DNA of 64,000 bases from an uncultured Clostridia bacterium (GCA_934777435.1 CAKVNK010000001.1:172362-236361); one strand, 5' to 3'; positions 1-8,703 are shown, counted from the stretch's first letter. Notes: a model not told the origin generated them from the sequence alone. Numbers and translations: made by a program.

Positions 1-22
1 CATTAATTTATACCTCCTGTTT
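1..22 (-). promoter_or_regulatory. Shine-Dalgarno plus ATG of a minus-strand gene that runs off the left edge
   Basis: Reverse complement of 1-22 reads AAACAGGAGGTATAAATTAATG (AGGAGG, 9 nt, ATG at 3..1). No coding sequence of this gene lies inside the window. Confidence 0.5.
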
Positions 23-112
23 GTCTCTTCCCCATTATTCATTTTGCTTTAAAACCATATTTAGGCAACAGATAAGCAATCGTAATGGGTGCTTTTTTCA
101 TTGAACAAGCAA

Positions 113-141
113 ATACTAACAAAAAAACAAAAAAAAGTCAA
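113..141 (-). promoter_or_regulatory. sigma-A-like promoter for the off-window gene
   Basis: On the minus strand TTGACT (141..136), 17 nt T-rich spacer, TAGTAT (118..113). About 110 nt upstream of the ATG at position 3. Confidence 0.45.
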
Positions 142-272
142 CAATATATTGACAATTTTTTGCTTAATAATATCAAACTAAATTCAACTAAATTATTTAA
201 GCCATTGCGTGTTATAAAAGAAACACACAAACTTTAAGTCTTCAACTTAAAAGGTGTTAAATAAAGCAATGT

Positions 273-611
273 TTATTTTTTACCTTCGTCTTCGCCTTGG
301 TCTAACAATGCTTGGTAAACTTCCAAAACATCATCAATAATTTGTTGGTCGCTAACAACTTCAAGTGATTGTTTTTGCTCATCAATTTCAAACAAAACAC
401 CTTCACCTTCATTAACCCCTTGCATTGGTGTGATAGGAATTAAAATTGCATAAAGTGCATTTGTGCGGTCAAGCGGAATCAAAGCCACTTGTTCAAATGT
501 GATTGGATTTTGTTGATCGTCAAAAAGCACAATATTTTCTGTGTTATTTTCGTCCAAAATTTGTTCTATTGGGTTTTTAGCAACCACTTTTTTTGTTCTT
601 TTATTTTCCAT
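273..611 (-). CDS. DUF1292 (YrzB-like) small acidic protein
   Basis: 112 aa with an acidic C-terminus. Core FDDQQNPITFEQVALIPLD...LYAILIPI resembles DUF1292, which typically follows ruvX in Bacillota. ATG overlaps the ruvX stop by 1 nt (TAATG at 609-613). Confidence 0.7.
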   Translation of the reverse strand: MENKRTKKVVAKNPIEQILDENNTENIVLFDDQQNPITFEQVALIPLDRTNALYAILIPITPMQGVNEGEGVLFEIDEQKQSLEVVSDQQIIDDVLEVYQALLDQGEDEGKK

Positions 612-1045
612 TAATATCTCCTTATATTATCTAAATAATCTTGCAATATAATTGAAGCAGCAACGGCATCTAATTTTTGTTTACGCTTTTTCCAATCTCT
701 TTCAGTTTGTTTAAGCACATCTTCAGCCATAGCAGAAGAAAGGCGTTCATCAACAAAAATGATTTGAACTGCAAGTTTGGCTTGCAATTCGTTCATAAAT
801 GCACGTGTTTCAACAGCAATTTCTTGCTCCTCACCCTGCATATTCATAGGCAAACCACACACAATTTCGTCAACTTTGTTTTTTTCAACCAAATCAACAA
901 AATGCTGAATATCTTGCGAGTCCCCTTGCCTTACGTAAACTTCATATGGTGAAGCCAAAAATTTTGTTTCATCACTAAAAGCCACACCTATACGTCTTAA
1001 TCCAAAATCAATTCCCATTGCTTTCATACTATTATATTTTAGCAT
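611..1045 (-). CDS. ruvX: Holliday junction resolvase-like / pre-16S rRNA nuclease RuvX (YqgF)
   Basis: MGIDFGLRRIGVAFSD N-terminal motif and typical ~140 aa length. Alternative in-frame ATGs at 1027 and 1018. No clear SD at any of them. Confidence 0.85.
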   Translation of the reverse strand: MLKYNSMKAMGIDFGLRRIGVAFSDETKFLASPYEVYVRQGDSQDIQHFVDLVEKNKVDEIVCGLPMNMQGEEQEIAVETRAFMNELQAKLAVQIIFVDERLSSAMAEDVLKQTERDWKKRKQKLDAVAASIILQDYLDNIRRY

Positions 1046-1158
1046 ATTGGCTTTTTATTGTAAAGAAAACACCACGCATAATTTGTTAAATCATAAATTA
1101 AAATTCAATAAATAACCATTAAAAAAAGGACTTATTAAAGCCCTTTTTGATTACAAAT

Positions 1159-1341
1159 TTAGTTGGTTTCTTGTTGTTTTGATTTTTTTGTTTGAGTTTT
1201 GATTTCTTCGGCAACATCAGTGATAATTTCCTTACCCTTTTCAACACCCTTTTGCACCGTATCCGCCACTGGTTTGTTGCATTTACAAGTGATTGCACCA
1301 ACAACAAAGCCAAGCCCCATACCAATTAATAAATCTTTCAT
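1159..1341 (-). CDS. small membrane-anchored protein (YtxH-like architecture)
   Basis: 60 aa with an N-terminal hydrophobic helix (LLIGMGLGFVVGAI) and a charged tail. Good SD (AGGGGGA) 5 nt upstream of the ATG at 1341. Confidence 0.5.
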   Translation of the reverse strand: MKDLLIGMGLGFVVGAITCKCNKPVADTVQKGVEKGKEIITDVAEEIKTQTKKSKQQETN

Positions 1342-1369
1342 ATTTCCCCCTTACTCTATTGTCTGCCAA

Positions 1370-1398
1370 AATATAAAAAATATGTAAAAATTTGTAAA
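1370..1398 (-). promoter_or_regulatory. possible sigma-A promoter for the small gene and ruvX
   Basis: Minus strand TTTACA (1398..1393), 17 nt, TATATT (1375..1370). The context is AT-rich, so this is moderately likely to be a chance match. Confidence 0.35.
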
Positions 1399-1465
1399 AA
1401 TCTTATTGTTAATTTATAAGTTGCAACAGCACCAATTAATTAATAGATTAATCAAACAACACAAT

Positions 1466-1496
1466 AAAAAACAGGCTGAAATTAGCCTGCTTTTTT
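1466..1496 (-). terminator. rho-independent terminator after nifS-nifU
   Basis: CAGGCT (1472-1477) / AGCCTG (1484-1489) with a 6-nt loop, flanked by A-run and T-run. On the minus strand the hairpin is followed by UUUUUU. Confidence 0.75.
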
Positions 1497-1553
1497 ATGA
1501 ATACAACAAACCATATTTATGAGCATAGCAAAATAAATTGGTTAATTAATATA

Positions 1554-2288
1554 TTAGTCTTCTTTTTTGTTGAAGAAATCTGCAAAAAGTGGATTATCAA
1601 AAATGCCACCTTCAAAAACAAGTTTTTTGGGTCTACCCCTCTTTTTAGGTTGGTTTTCAGCTTGTTCTTGTTTTGGTTGTTCAACTGGTTTATCTTCTTT
1701 TGGTTGTTCTTCAACCTTTTCTTCTGGCTTATAGTCAACTGCAAATCCAGGGTCAAGCAAAACGCCTTCTTCTGGCCTTGTAACAACAAAATTTTCACCA
1801 AAGTCTGACAAATCGTCAGTGTTATCTTCGGTTGTTTCTTCGTCTGCTGTTTCTTCTGTTGTTGTGTTGTTTGTTTCAGCGTCTAAAACAATTTTTTTCT
1901 TTCTGCCACGGGTTGATTTTGGTTTGCCTTCTTTTTCACGCGCTTCAATATAGTTTTCAATAGCCAAATCTAAACACTCAATGCAGAAAGTGATGTCAAT
2001 ATCGCTATCTTCACCAAGGTTACGTTTAACAACTGATTGGTCAAGCATAACGCTATCAATGCTTTTGCCAATAACCATTTTTGTGATTGTTGAACAAATT
2101 GCAACTATGTATGGGTTTGCTTGTGCACGGAAGTTACAAGCGGTTATCAAATCGTTTTCAATACGAAGTGAGAATTCAACGTTTGCAGTACCTTCAAGGT
2201 TTGAAAGGCTTGCAATGCCGTCTGGTTTCATAATTCTGCCTGCGTTAACTGGGTTTGCAAATAAATTTAAAACTGTTTTGCTATACAT
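1554..2288 (-). CDS. IscU/NifU N-domain-like protein with degenerate ligand set and long charged C-terminal tail
   Basis: The N-terminal ~120 aa align by eye to IscU (MYSKTVLNLFANPVNAGRI..., GKSIDSV, ITFCIECLDLAIENY). Two of three ligand Cys positions are substituted. Residues ~121-244 are low complexity and contain STRGRKKK and KKRGRPKK. Translationally coupled to nifS. Confidence 0.7.
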   Translation of the reverse strand: MYSKTVLNLFANPVNAGRIMKPDGIASLSNLEGTANVEFSLRIENDLITACNFRAQANPYIVAICSTITKMVIGKSIDSVMLDQSVVKRNLGEDSDIDITFCIECLDLAIENYIEAREKEGKPKSTRGRKKKIVLDAETNNTTTEETADEETTEDNTDDLSDFGENFVVTRPEEGVLLDPGFAVDYKPEEKVEEQPKEDKPVEQPKQEQAENQPKKRGRPKKLVFEGGIFDNPLFADFFNKKED

Positions 2289-3478
2289 TATTTATCCCCC
2301 TTCCTTTTGCGAATTTTCAAGCCATAAGTTGATGAATATTCACGTAAATCTTCAACTGCTTTTGCAATGATTGCAACTGCGGTGTCAATTTCCTCATAAG
2401 AATTGTTTTTGCCAAGGCTGAAACGGATTGTGCTTTTTGCATCATCAGGTTTAAGGCCGATTGCTGAAATAACGTGAGAAACTGTTAAACTGTTGCTTGT
2501 GCATGCACTGCCAGTTGATACAGCCACACCAGCAAGGTCAAGTTTTGTAAGCAAACTTTCGCCGTCAACACCGACAAAGCAAATTGAAACGATGTGAGGC
2601 AATTTTTGTTTGATGTTTGCATTGATAATAATATTTTCAACAGAACTTGTGATTTTTGAAATAAAATATTCACTTAACGCACGCAATTTGTGGTTGTTGG
2701 TTGCCATATCTCTAACTGCAATTTCAACTGCTTTTGCAAAACCAACAATACCAGCAGTGTTGCTTGTGCCACCACGGCGTGAACGTTCTTGATTGCCACC
2801 AAACACAATTGGGTCGATTGCAACGTCATTGCTTAAATACAAAGCACCAACGCCTTTTGGACCATAAATTTTGTGTGCACTCATTGTCATTGCATCAATG
2901 CCCAAATCTTTAACATCAAGTGTCATATGACCATAAAGTTGCACTGCGTCAGTGTGGAAAATAATGTTCTTTTCGTGTGCGGTGTGTGCAATGGCTTTGA
3001 TATTTTGAATTGTGCCAATCTCGTTATTCGCAGACATAATAGAAATCAAAATTGTTTTATCTGTGATTGCGTGCAACAAATCTGCAAAGTTAATAAAGCC
3101 GTTTTTATCAACGTCCAAATAAGTAACTTGGAAACCATTTTTTTCCAAATATTTGCAAGCGTTTAAAATGGATTCGTGTTCAATTTTGCTTGTGATAATT
3201 TGGTTACCTTTTGCCCTATTAGCGTTTGCTAAGCCAATGATAGCCCATGAGTTTGCTTCACTGCCACTTGCTGTAAAATAAATTTCATTGCTTTTGGCGT
3301 TGATTGAATCAGCAATAGTGTCACGGCTAGCGTCAATTAAAGCACTTGCGTCACGACCAAAACTGTGCAAAGAACTTGAATTGCCGAAAGTTGATGTGTA
3401 AACTTTGTTCATTTCGTTAAGCACTTCGCCACTGATACGTGTGGTTGAAGCGTTGTCTAAATAAATCTTTTCTGTCAT
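2288..3478 (-). CDS. nifS: cysteine desulfurase (NifS/IscS class)
   Basis: 396 aa. PLP-lysine motif SAHKIYGPKGVGALY and active-site loop STGSACTSNS. The stop overlaps the downstream start (TAATG). Confidence 0.9.
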   Translation of the reverse strand: MTEKIYLDNASTTRISGEVLNEMNKVYTSTFGNSSSLHSFGRDASALIDASRDTIADSINAKSNEIYFTASGSEANSWAIIGLANANRAKGNQIITSKIEHESILNACKYLEKNGFQVTYLDVDKNGFINFADLLHAITDKTILISIMSANNEIGTIQNIKAIAHTAHEKNIIFHTDAVQLYGHMTLDVKDLGIDAMTMSAHKIYGPKGVGALYLSNDVAIDPIVFGGNQERSRRGGTSNTAGIVGFAKAVEIAVRDMATNNHKLRALSEYFISKITSSVENIIINANIKQKLPHIVSICFVGVDGESLLTKLDLAGVAVSTGSACTSNSLTVSHVISAIGLKPDDAKSTIRFSLGKNNSYEEIDTAVAIIAKAVEDLREYSSTYGLKIRKRKGDK

Positions 3479-3497
3479 TTTTCATTCTCCGTGTGAT

Positions 3498-3526
3498 AAT
3501 ATATCACTTATTGCATATTTTGTCAA
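3498..3526 (-). promoter_or_regulatory. sigma-A promoter of nifS-nifU
   Basis: Minus strand TTGACA (3526..3521), 17 nt, TATATT (3503..3498). GGAGA SD and the ATG at 3478 follow closely. The -10 is embedded in the palindrome GTGATA-ATA-TATCAC (3493-3507). Confidence 0.6.
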
Positions 3527-3636
3527 TATTTAATTGTTAAATCAATTAAGCAAAAATATACTTAAATTTTATTATCAGGATATTTACTGAAAAATAATAG
3601 TAAAAAAAGTTTGCCTGTAATCTGTAAGATAATTTG

Positions 3637-3670
3637 ATAAAAAAAGAATATCAACTGATGTGATATTCTT
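3637..3670 (-). terminator. rho-independent terminator after the Zn-ribbon gene
   Basis: Perfect 10-bp stem AAGAATATCA (3644-3653) / TGATATTCTT (3661-3670) with a 7-nt loop. A U-run follows on the minus strand (A-run 3639-3645). Confidence 0.8.
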
Positions 3671-3694
3671 AAAAACAGTTTTTAAATCAAAAAA

Positions 3695-3949
3695 TTATTT
3701 GGTTTTCCATCTTTTTAAGGTTGGAAATAATTTTTCACAATAGTCATTCATTTGTTCGTTGGTCATACCAGCCTGAGCCCCATATTGAGAACACATCTTG
3801 ATATATGTTTGCATATCAACTTTGTCAATAAATTCGCCATTTTTATAGCAATATTTGCAATAATCTTGGTTAATTTTACCATTTTTCTCACTACCTAAAA
3901 CACTTTTATCAGTGATTGGCATACCACAACTTTGGCATACTTTCTCCAT
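3695..3949 (-). CDS. putative zinc-ribbon domain protein
   Basis: 84 aa with CQSCGMP ... DYCKYCYKNGEF, the pattern of the bacterial Zn_ribbon_2-type small proteins. AAGGAG SD 7 nt upstream. Confidence 0.65.
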   Translation of the reverse strand: MEKVCQSCGMPITDKSVLGSEKNGKINQDYCKYCYKNGEFIDKVDMQTYIKMCSQYGAQAGMTNEQMNDYCEKLFPTLKRWKTK

Positions 3950-3969
3950 GCCATAACTCCTTTGTGCTC

Positions 3970-4293
3970 TTATTCAACCTGTGTGTTTTCGCATCTTGTG
4001 ATGAAATCTTCCATTTCATCTGCTGAAATCAAACCAACACTGCTATCGATTTTTTTGCCGTTTCTAAAACATACAACTGTTGGCACGCTGAATATACGAT
4101 AACGTTTTGCAATTTCTTCACTATCGTCAATATCTAAATTATAAAATTTAATGTTTTTCATTTTGCCACTTAAACGTTCCAAAATAGGTTTAAGCATACG
4201 GCAAGGCATACACCAAGTTGCTGAAAAGTCAACAACTGTTAAGTCCTTTGAATTGATAACATTATCAAAATTTTCGGTTTTAACTTGTTCCAA
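3970..4293 (-). CDS. trxA: thioredoxin
   Basis: WCMPCRM active site (WCxPC). I prefer the TTG start at 4293 because AAGGAG (4305..4300) sits 6 nt upstream and gives a canonical ~107-aa thioredoxin. The ORF-track start at 4353 is also TTG but has no SD. Confidence 0.85.
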   Translation of the reverse strand: MEQVKTENFDNVINSKDLTVVDFSATWCMPCRMLKPILERLSGKMKNIKFYNLDIDDSEEIAKRYRIFSVPTVVCFRNGKKIDSSVGLISADEMEDFITRCENTQVE

Positions 4294-4342
4294 AATATTC
4301 TCCTTTCTGGTTCTATATTTCAAACCAACTATATTTTGCTTA

Positions 4343-5035
4343 CTAGCCAACAATTTTTGTTATAACTTTTGCAACAATTGTGCCAGCCATCATCACTGGA
4401 TAGTATACCACGCTAGCCACTGTTTTGCAATCAAATTTTGTTGCTTTTTGTTTAGTGTAACACACATCAAGTTTGTTTATGCGGTTTTCAGCGCAAAACT
4501 TGCGTAGTATTTTTGCGATTGGATCATAACTTGTTTTTGAAATATCTGCAATTTCAAATTTAGGAATTTCAGCATATCTATTGCCCGCCCCCATTGAACA
4601 AAGAATATAAACATTGTTTGCCTTTGCCTGCATAATAAGGTGTTTTTTTGCCTTAATATCGTCAATACAATCAATGATAATATCAAACTGGCTTAAATCG
4701 ATGGTGCTGTTTTCATCATATTTTTCAGCGATGGCGGTTATTTTTGCATTTGGATTGATATTCAAAAGTTGGGCTTTCATTTCTTCAACTTTAAGTTTGC
4801 CAACATTGGTTTGATTTGCCACAAGTTGACGGTTAAGGTTGGTTATGTCAATAGTGTCAAAATCAACGATTGTCAAGTTAGAAATGCCAGAACGCACCAA
4901 AAAATTGCACACTGCACTGCCAACACCACCCGTGCCAAAAACTATGATGCGTGTGGAAACAAGTTTTTCAACCTGTTCCGCTGAAAGCATCAATTTGAAT
5001 CTATCCAAAAAAGTTTTGTTATTTTGTGTTTCCAT
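4343..5035 (-). CDS. tcdA: tRNA threonylcarbamoyladenosine dehydratase (TcdA/CsdL, ThiF/E1-like)
   Basis: Rossmann motif FGTGGVGSAVCNFLVRSGISNLTIVDFDTIDITNLNRQ, ~230 aa. ATG at 5035; the ORF-track start at 5053 is TTG without an SD. Confidence 0.75.
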   Translation of the reverse strand: METQNNKTFLDRFKLMLSAEQVEKLVSTRIIVFGTGGVGSAVCNFLVRSGISNLTIVDFDTIDITNLNRQLVANQTNVGKLKVEEMKAQLLNINPNAKITAIAEKYDENSTIDLSQFDIIIDCIDDIKAKKHLIMQAKANNVYILCSMGAGNRYAEIPKFEIADISKTSYDPIAKILRKFCAENRINKLDVCYTKQKATKFDCKTVASVVYYPVMMAGTIVAKVITKIVG

Positions 5036-5357
5036 CTTTTCTGTTTGTTGCAAGCAAATTGTTATCTAAATCATACATATCTATGTAAACTTTGTTGCCA
5101 AAATAGTTTGATTTAGCATAGATTTGATATTGTCTGCCGTCTATTTCAGCAATAAATTTTTCGCCATAATAAAGTTGTGGCAAACGAATGTTAAATTGGC
5201 TTTGATTTAAGAAAATATACATCATATCGCCCTTGATTTTAAAGGTAAATATGTCTTCACCAACTGTTAAAATGATTTTCTTTTTTGTTAAAGCGTAAAC
5301 AGTCACAACTGTTGCAACCATTGCTACCAAAACAATAACCAATAATACTATTTCCAT
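5019..5357 (-). CDS. hypothetical membrane-anchored protein
   Basis: 112 aa with one N-terminal TM helix (IVLLVIVLVAMVATVVTVYAL) and then a beta-rich domain. SD AAAGGAAA. No family recognised. Confidence 0.5.
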   Translation of the reverse strand: MEIVLLVIVLVAMVATVVTVYALTKKKIILTVGEDIFTFKIKGDMMYIFLNQSQFNIRLPQLYYGEKFIAEIDGRQYQIYAKSNYFGNKVYIDMYDLDNNLLATNRKDGNTK

Positions 5358-5403
5358 AATTTTTCCTTTTGTTTTTCTATTGCTTTTTAATTAAGCAATC
5401 TTA

Positions 5404-6720
5404 TTATAAAACATATTTTTTGAAGTCGTGCGTATGAATAAGTGCGTTCATGGTATTAAGTACAAATGGTTTATCTACCACAACCTTAACCATTGGGTTG
5501 TTATCACTTGCATTGAAAGAAATATCTTCAAGCAAAAGTTCCATAATCGTTTGCAAACGGCGTGCCCCAATATTTTCATTTGTTTCATTTTCGTCTGCTG
5601 CAAGTTCAGCAATGGCGTCAATGGCGTCATCAGTGAATTCAAGGTCAACATTATCAACCCGCAACAATTCTTGATATTGTTTGATAAGTGCATTTTGTGG
5701 TATTGTTAAAATCTTTTTAAAGTCTTCTTTTGTTAAACTATCCAACTCAACAATAACTGGGAAACGACCTTGAAGTTCTGGTATCAAATCGCTAACACTG
5801 GCAATGTGGAACGCACCCGCTGCTATGAAAAGTATATGGTCTGTGTGAACTACACCATATTTAGTATTAACCACACTACCTTCCACAATAGGTAAAATAT
5901 CACGTTGCACACCTTCACGTGAAACGTCTTGACCATTATTCTTTTTTGCTGCAATTTTGTCAATTTCATCAATAAAGATAATGCCTTGTTGTTCAGCACG
6001 ATAGATTGCTTCTTTATTAACCGCATCTGGGTCAATAAGTTTATCACACTCCTCGTCCAACAAAAGTTCACGTGCACGTTCAACTGTCATCTTTTTTAAT
6101 TTGCGTGGTGCTTTGATAATGCCACCCATAATTTGACCAATGTTGATTTCTGCCCCAATACCGTCCATAAGGTTCATTTGTTGTGGTTCGTCTTTAACAT
6201 CAATGTCAATGGTGTCTTTATCATATTTACCGGCTTTATAGTTTGCATAAAAATCAGCACGGAAATTTTCAGTATCTACATTTTCAGGCTTTGTGCTTTT
6301 TTTGATAGGATACAAAATATCTGTGATTTTTTTATCAACCACTGTGATTGCTTTATCTTTTATTTTGTCGGTTTGTTCTTGACGCACAATACGCACTGCA
6401 ACGCCAACCAAATCACGAATCATACTTTCAACATCACGGCCAACATAACCAACTTCGGTGTATTTTGTTGCTTCAACTTTAACAAAAGGAGCATTAACAA
6501 GTTTTGCAAGCCTACGTGCAATTTCAGTTTTACCAACACCAGTTGGCCCTTTTAATATGATGTTCTTTGGTGTGATTTCTTCACTTAATGATTTATCAAG
6601 TTGGCTACGGCGATAACGGTTACGCAAACAGATTGCCACCGCACGTTTTGCCTTTGATTGACCAATAATATAGTTGTCAAGACTTGAAACTATTTCTTTA
6701 CAAGTCATAATGCTACTCAT
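5404..6720 (-). CDS. hslU: ATP-dependent protease ATPase subunit HslU
   Basis: 438 aa. Walker A GPTGVGKTEIARRLA, IIFIDEIDKI, and a C-terminal sensor region. GGAGGTG SD. Confidence 0.95.
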   Translation of the reverse strand: MSSIMTCKEIVSSLDNYIIGQSKAKRAVAICLRNRYRRSQLDKSLSEEITPKNIILKGPTGVGKTEIARRLAKLVNAPFVKVEATKYTEVGYVGRDVESMIRDLVGVAVRIVRQEQTDKIKDKAITVVDKKITDILYPIKKSTKPENVDTENFRADFYANYKAGKYDKDTIDIDVKDEPQQMNLMDGIGAEINIGQIMGGIIKAPRKLKKMTVERARELLLDEECDKLIDPDAVNKEAIYRAEQQGIIFIDEIDKIAAKKNNGQDVSREGVQRDILPIVEGSVVNTKYGVVHTDHILFIAAGAFHIASVSDLIPELQGRFPVIVELDSLTKEDFKKILTIPQNALIKQYQELLRVDNVDLEFTDDAIDAIAELAADENETNENIGARRLQTIMELLLEDISFNASDNNPMVKVVVDKPFVLNTMNALIHTHDFKKYVL

Positions 6721-6723
6721 ACT

Positions 6724-7257
6724 CTACACCTCCTCAACAACATAGTTGCCATTTGTAAACACGCAAATATCAGTTGCAATTTCCATTGCTTTGATTGCTA
6801 TTGTTTTAGCATCTAAATCTGTGTTTTTATAAAGTGCTTTTGCTGCTGCCAAAGCATAGTTGCCACCACTGCCTATTGCACAAATGCCATCGTCTGGTTC
6901 AATAACATCGCCCATACTTGAAAGAATAAGCAAAGTTTGTTTATCTGCAACAATCATAAGAGCTTCTGCATTGTTGTGCCCTTGACTGCGAATATTTTTT
7001 GCAAATTCAACCGCACTACGCATCAAACTGCCACTATATTTGTTAAGCAATTTTTCAAATTCTTCACACATTGCAAAAGCGTCTGCTGTGCCACCTGCAA
7101 AGCCAACAACAACTTTGCCGTCAAAAAGCCTACGCACTTTGTGTGCTGTGCCTTTAAAAATAACTTGTTGTCCCATTGTTACTTGACCATCGCCAGCAAC
7201 AACTGTTTTACCATTGCGTTTAACTGCCACAATGGTTGTTCCTCTAAATTGTTCCAA
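6724..7257 (-). CDS. hslV: ATP-dependent protease subunit HslV
   Basis: [23 protein letters not shown]-terminal Thr-protease motif. TTG start at 7257 with AAGGAG 6 nt upstream. Confidence 0.95.
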   Translation of the reverse strand: MEQFRGTTIVAVKRNGKTVVAGDGQVTMGQQVIFKGTAHKVRRLFDGKVVVGFAGGTADAFAMCEEFEKLLNKYSGSLMRSAVEFAKNIRSQGHNNAEALMIVADKQTLLILSSMGDVIEPDDGICAIGSGGNYALAAAKALYKNTDLDAKTIAIKAMEIATDICVFTNGNYVVEEV

Positions 7258-7392
7258 TTTTATCTCCTTTTAATTTTTTGCCAAACAAAGCAAATTGTAA
7301 AACAAAACTTTGTTTATTTTGTTTGGTGATTTTTCAATTTCTTTTAACCAAACATAACAATTATCCTGTTTTTATTTGTTAGGCTTAAAATT

Positions 7393-8703
7393 TTATTTTT
7401 GATTTTTTAACTGATTTGCAACTGATTTAATTTCTTCAAGAGACCTAACACGATAAGCCTTATTGCGTTCAGCCTTATCACGCATATTGATTGGGTTTAA
7501 AATGCCATAGTTTGCATTGATTGGTTGAAAATGCTTTGTGTTGGCATTTGTTAAATAGTTATAAAGCCCACCAATAATTGTGTTTGCTGAAAATTCAACA
7601 AGTGGTTTGCCTGTTAACATTTGATGTACATTTATGGCACAATAAAGTCCACTTGCAATGCTTTCAACATAGCCTTCAACCCCACTCAATTGCCCTGCAA
7701 TGAAAATGTTGCTGTCAGTTTTAATGCGTGAATATTTATCCAAACAAGCAGGAAAATTAACAAAATGGTTAGTGTGCATTACACCATAACGCAAAAATGT
7801 TGCCTTTTCAAGCCCTGGAATTAAACTAAACACACGCTTTTGTTCTGGAAAGGTTAAATTTGTTTGAAACCCTACCATATTGTACATTGTAGCACAATTA
7901 TTTTCTTTTCTCAACTGAACAATGGCATAAGGTTTTGAATTATCGTGCGGATTTGTAAACCCAACTGGCTTTAAAGGTCCAAAACGGATTGCATCTTGCC
8001 CACGTGAAGCCATAATTTCAATAGGCATACAACTTTCAAAAATATTGCCTTTTTCAAAATCGTGCAATTCAACACGTTGTGCTGAAACAAGTTCAGTGTA
8101 AAATTTAAGGTATTGTTCTTTATTCATCGGACAATTTAAATAATCATCTTCGCCTTTGCCGTATCGTGCGCCAAAAAATGCCTTATTTAAGTCTATTGTT
8201 TCAGCATCAATAATAGGTGCTGCAGCATCGTAAAAATAAAAGAATTGTTGCCCCAACTTTTGTTGTAAGGCTTGCCCCATATTATCTGTGGTCAATGGCC
8301 CAGTTGCAACAATAGTGATTGCGTCTGGTTCAAATTCTGCCACATCTTTGCAAACAAAATTTATGTTTTTATTGTTTTTGATTTGTTCGGTGATATATGA
8401 AGAAAATTGTTCTCTATCAACTGCCAAGGCTTGACCGGCTGGTACTCTAAATTTATAAGCAACATTAACCGAATTACTGCCAAGCAACATCAATTCACGT
8501 TTAAAAAGACCAGATGCCGAGTTTTCGTCATCACTTTTAAAAGAGTTACTGCACACAATTTCAGCAAAATTATCGCTGTGGTGTGCAGGTGTTTTTGCTT
8601 TTGTTTTTATATCAAAAAGATTAACCTTGTGGCCATTGTTAGCCAAATATAAGGCTGATTCGCACCCAGCAAGGCCAGCACCGATAATGTTAATCTTTAA
8701 CAT
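7393..8703 (-). CDS. trmFO: methylenetetrahydrofolate--tRNA-(uracil-5-)-methyltransferase TrmFO
   Basis: FAD motif INIIGAGLAGCE, ~436 aa. ATG at 8703 with AAGGGTG SD. It lies inside the last 14 nt of topA. The ORF-track start at 8751 would be an unsupported extension. Confidence 0.9.
   Translation of the reverse strand: MLKINIIGAGLAGCESALYLANNGHKVNLFDIKTKAKTPAHHSDNFAEIVCSNSFKSDDENSASGLFKRELMLLGSNSVNVAYKFRVPAGQALAVDREQFSSYITEQIKNNKNINFVCKDVAEFEPDAITIVATGPLTTDNMGQALQQKLGQQFFYFYDAAAPIIDAETIDLNKAFFGARYGKGEDDYLNCPMNKEQYLKFYTELVSAQRVELHDFEKGNIFESCMPIEIMASRGQDAIRFGPLKPVGFTNPHDNSKPYAIVQLRKENNCATMYNMVGFQTNLTFPEQKRVFSLIPGLEKATFLRYGVMHTNHFVNFPACLDKYSRIKTDSNIFIAGQLSGVEGYVESIASGLYCAINVHQMLTGKPLVEFSANTIIGGLYNYLTNANTKHFQPINANYGILNPINMRDKAERNKAYRVRSLEEIKSVANQLKNQK

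Noticed and set aside
137-176. Plus-strand TTGACA and the GTCAA-N7-TTGAC palindrome in the first spacer, considered as a plus-strand promoter.
   Set aside because: There is no plus-strand gene downstream. The -10 spacing on the plus strand is poor, and the minus-strand TTGACT-17-TAGTAT reading fits the off-window gene.
1497-1808. ORFs of 103 aa (+) and 94 aa (-) overlapping the tail of the IscU-like gene.
   Set aside because: They are alternative frames of the low-complexity tail-coding region. The frame continuous with the IscU-like domain is the only one with a start, coupling to nifS and a terminator.
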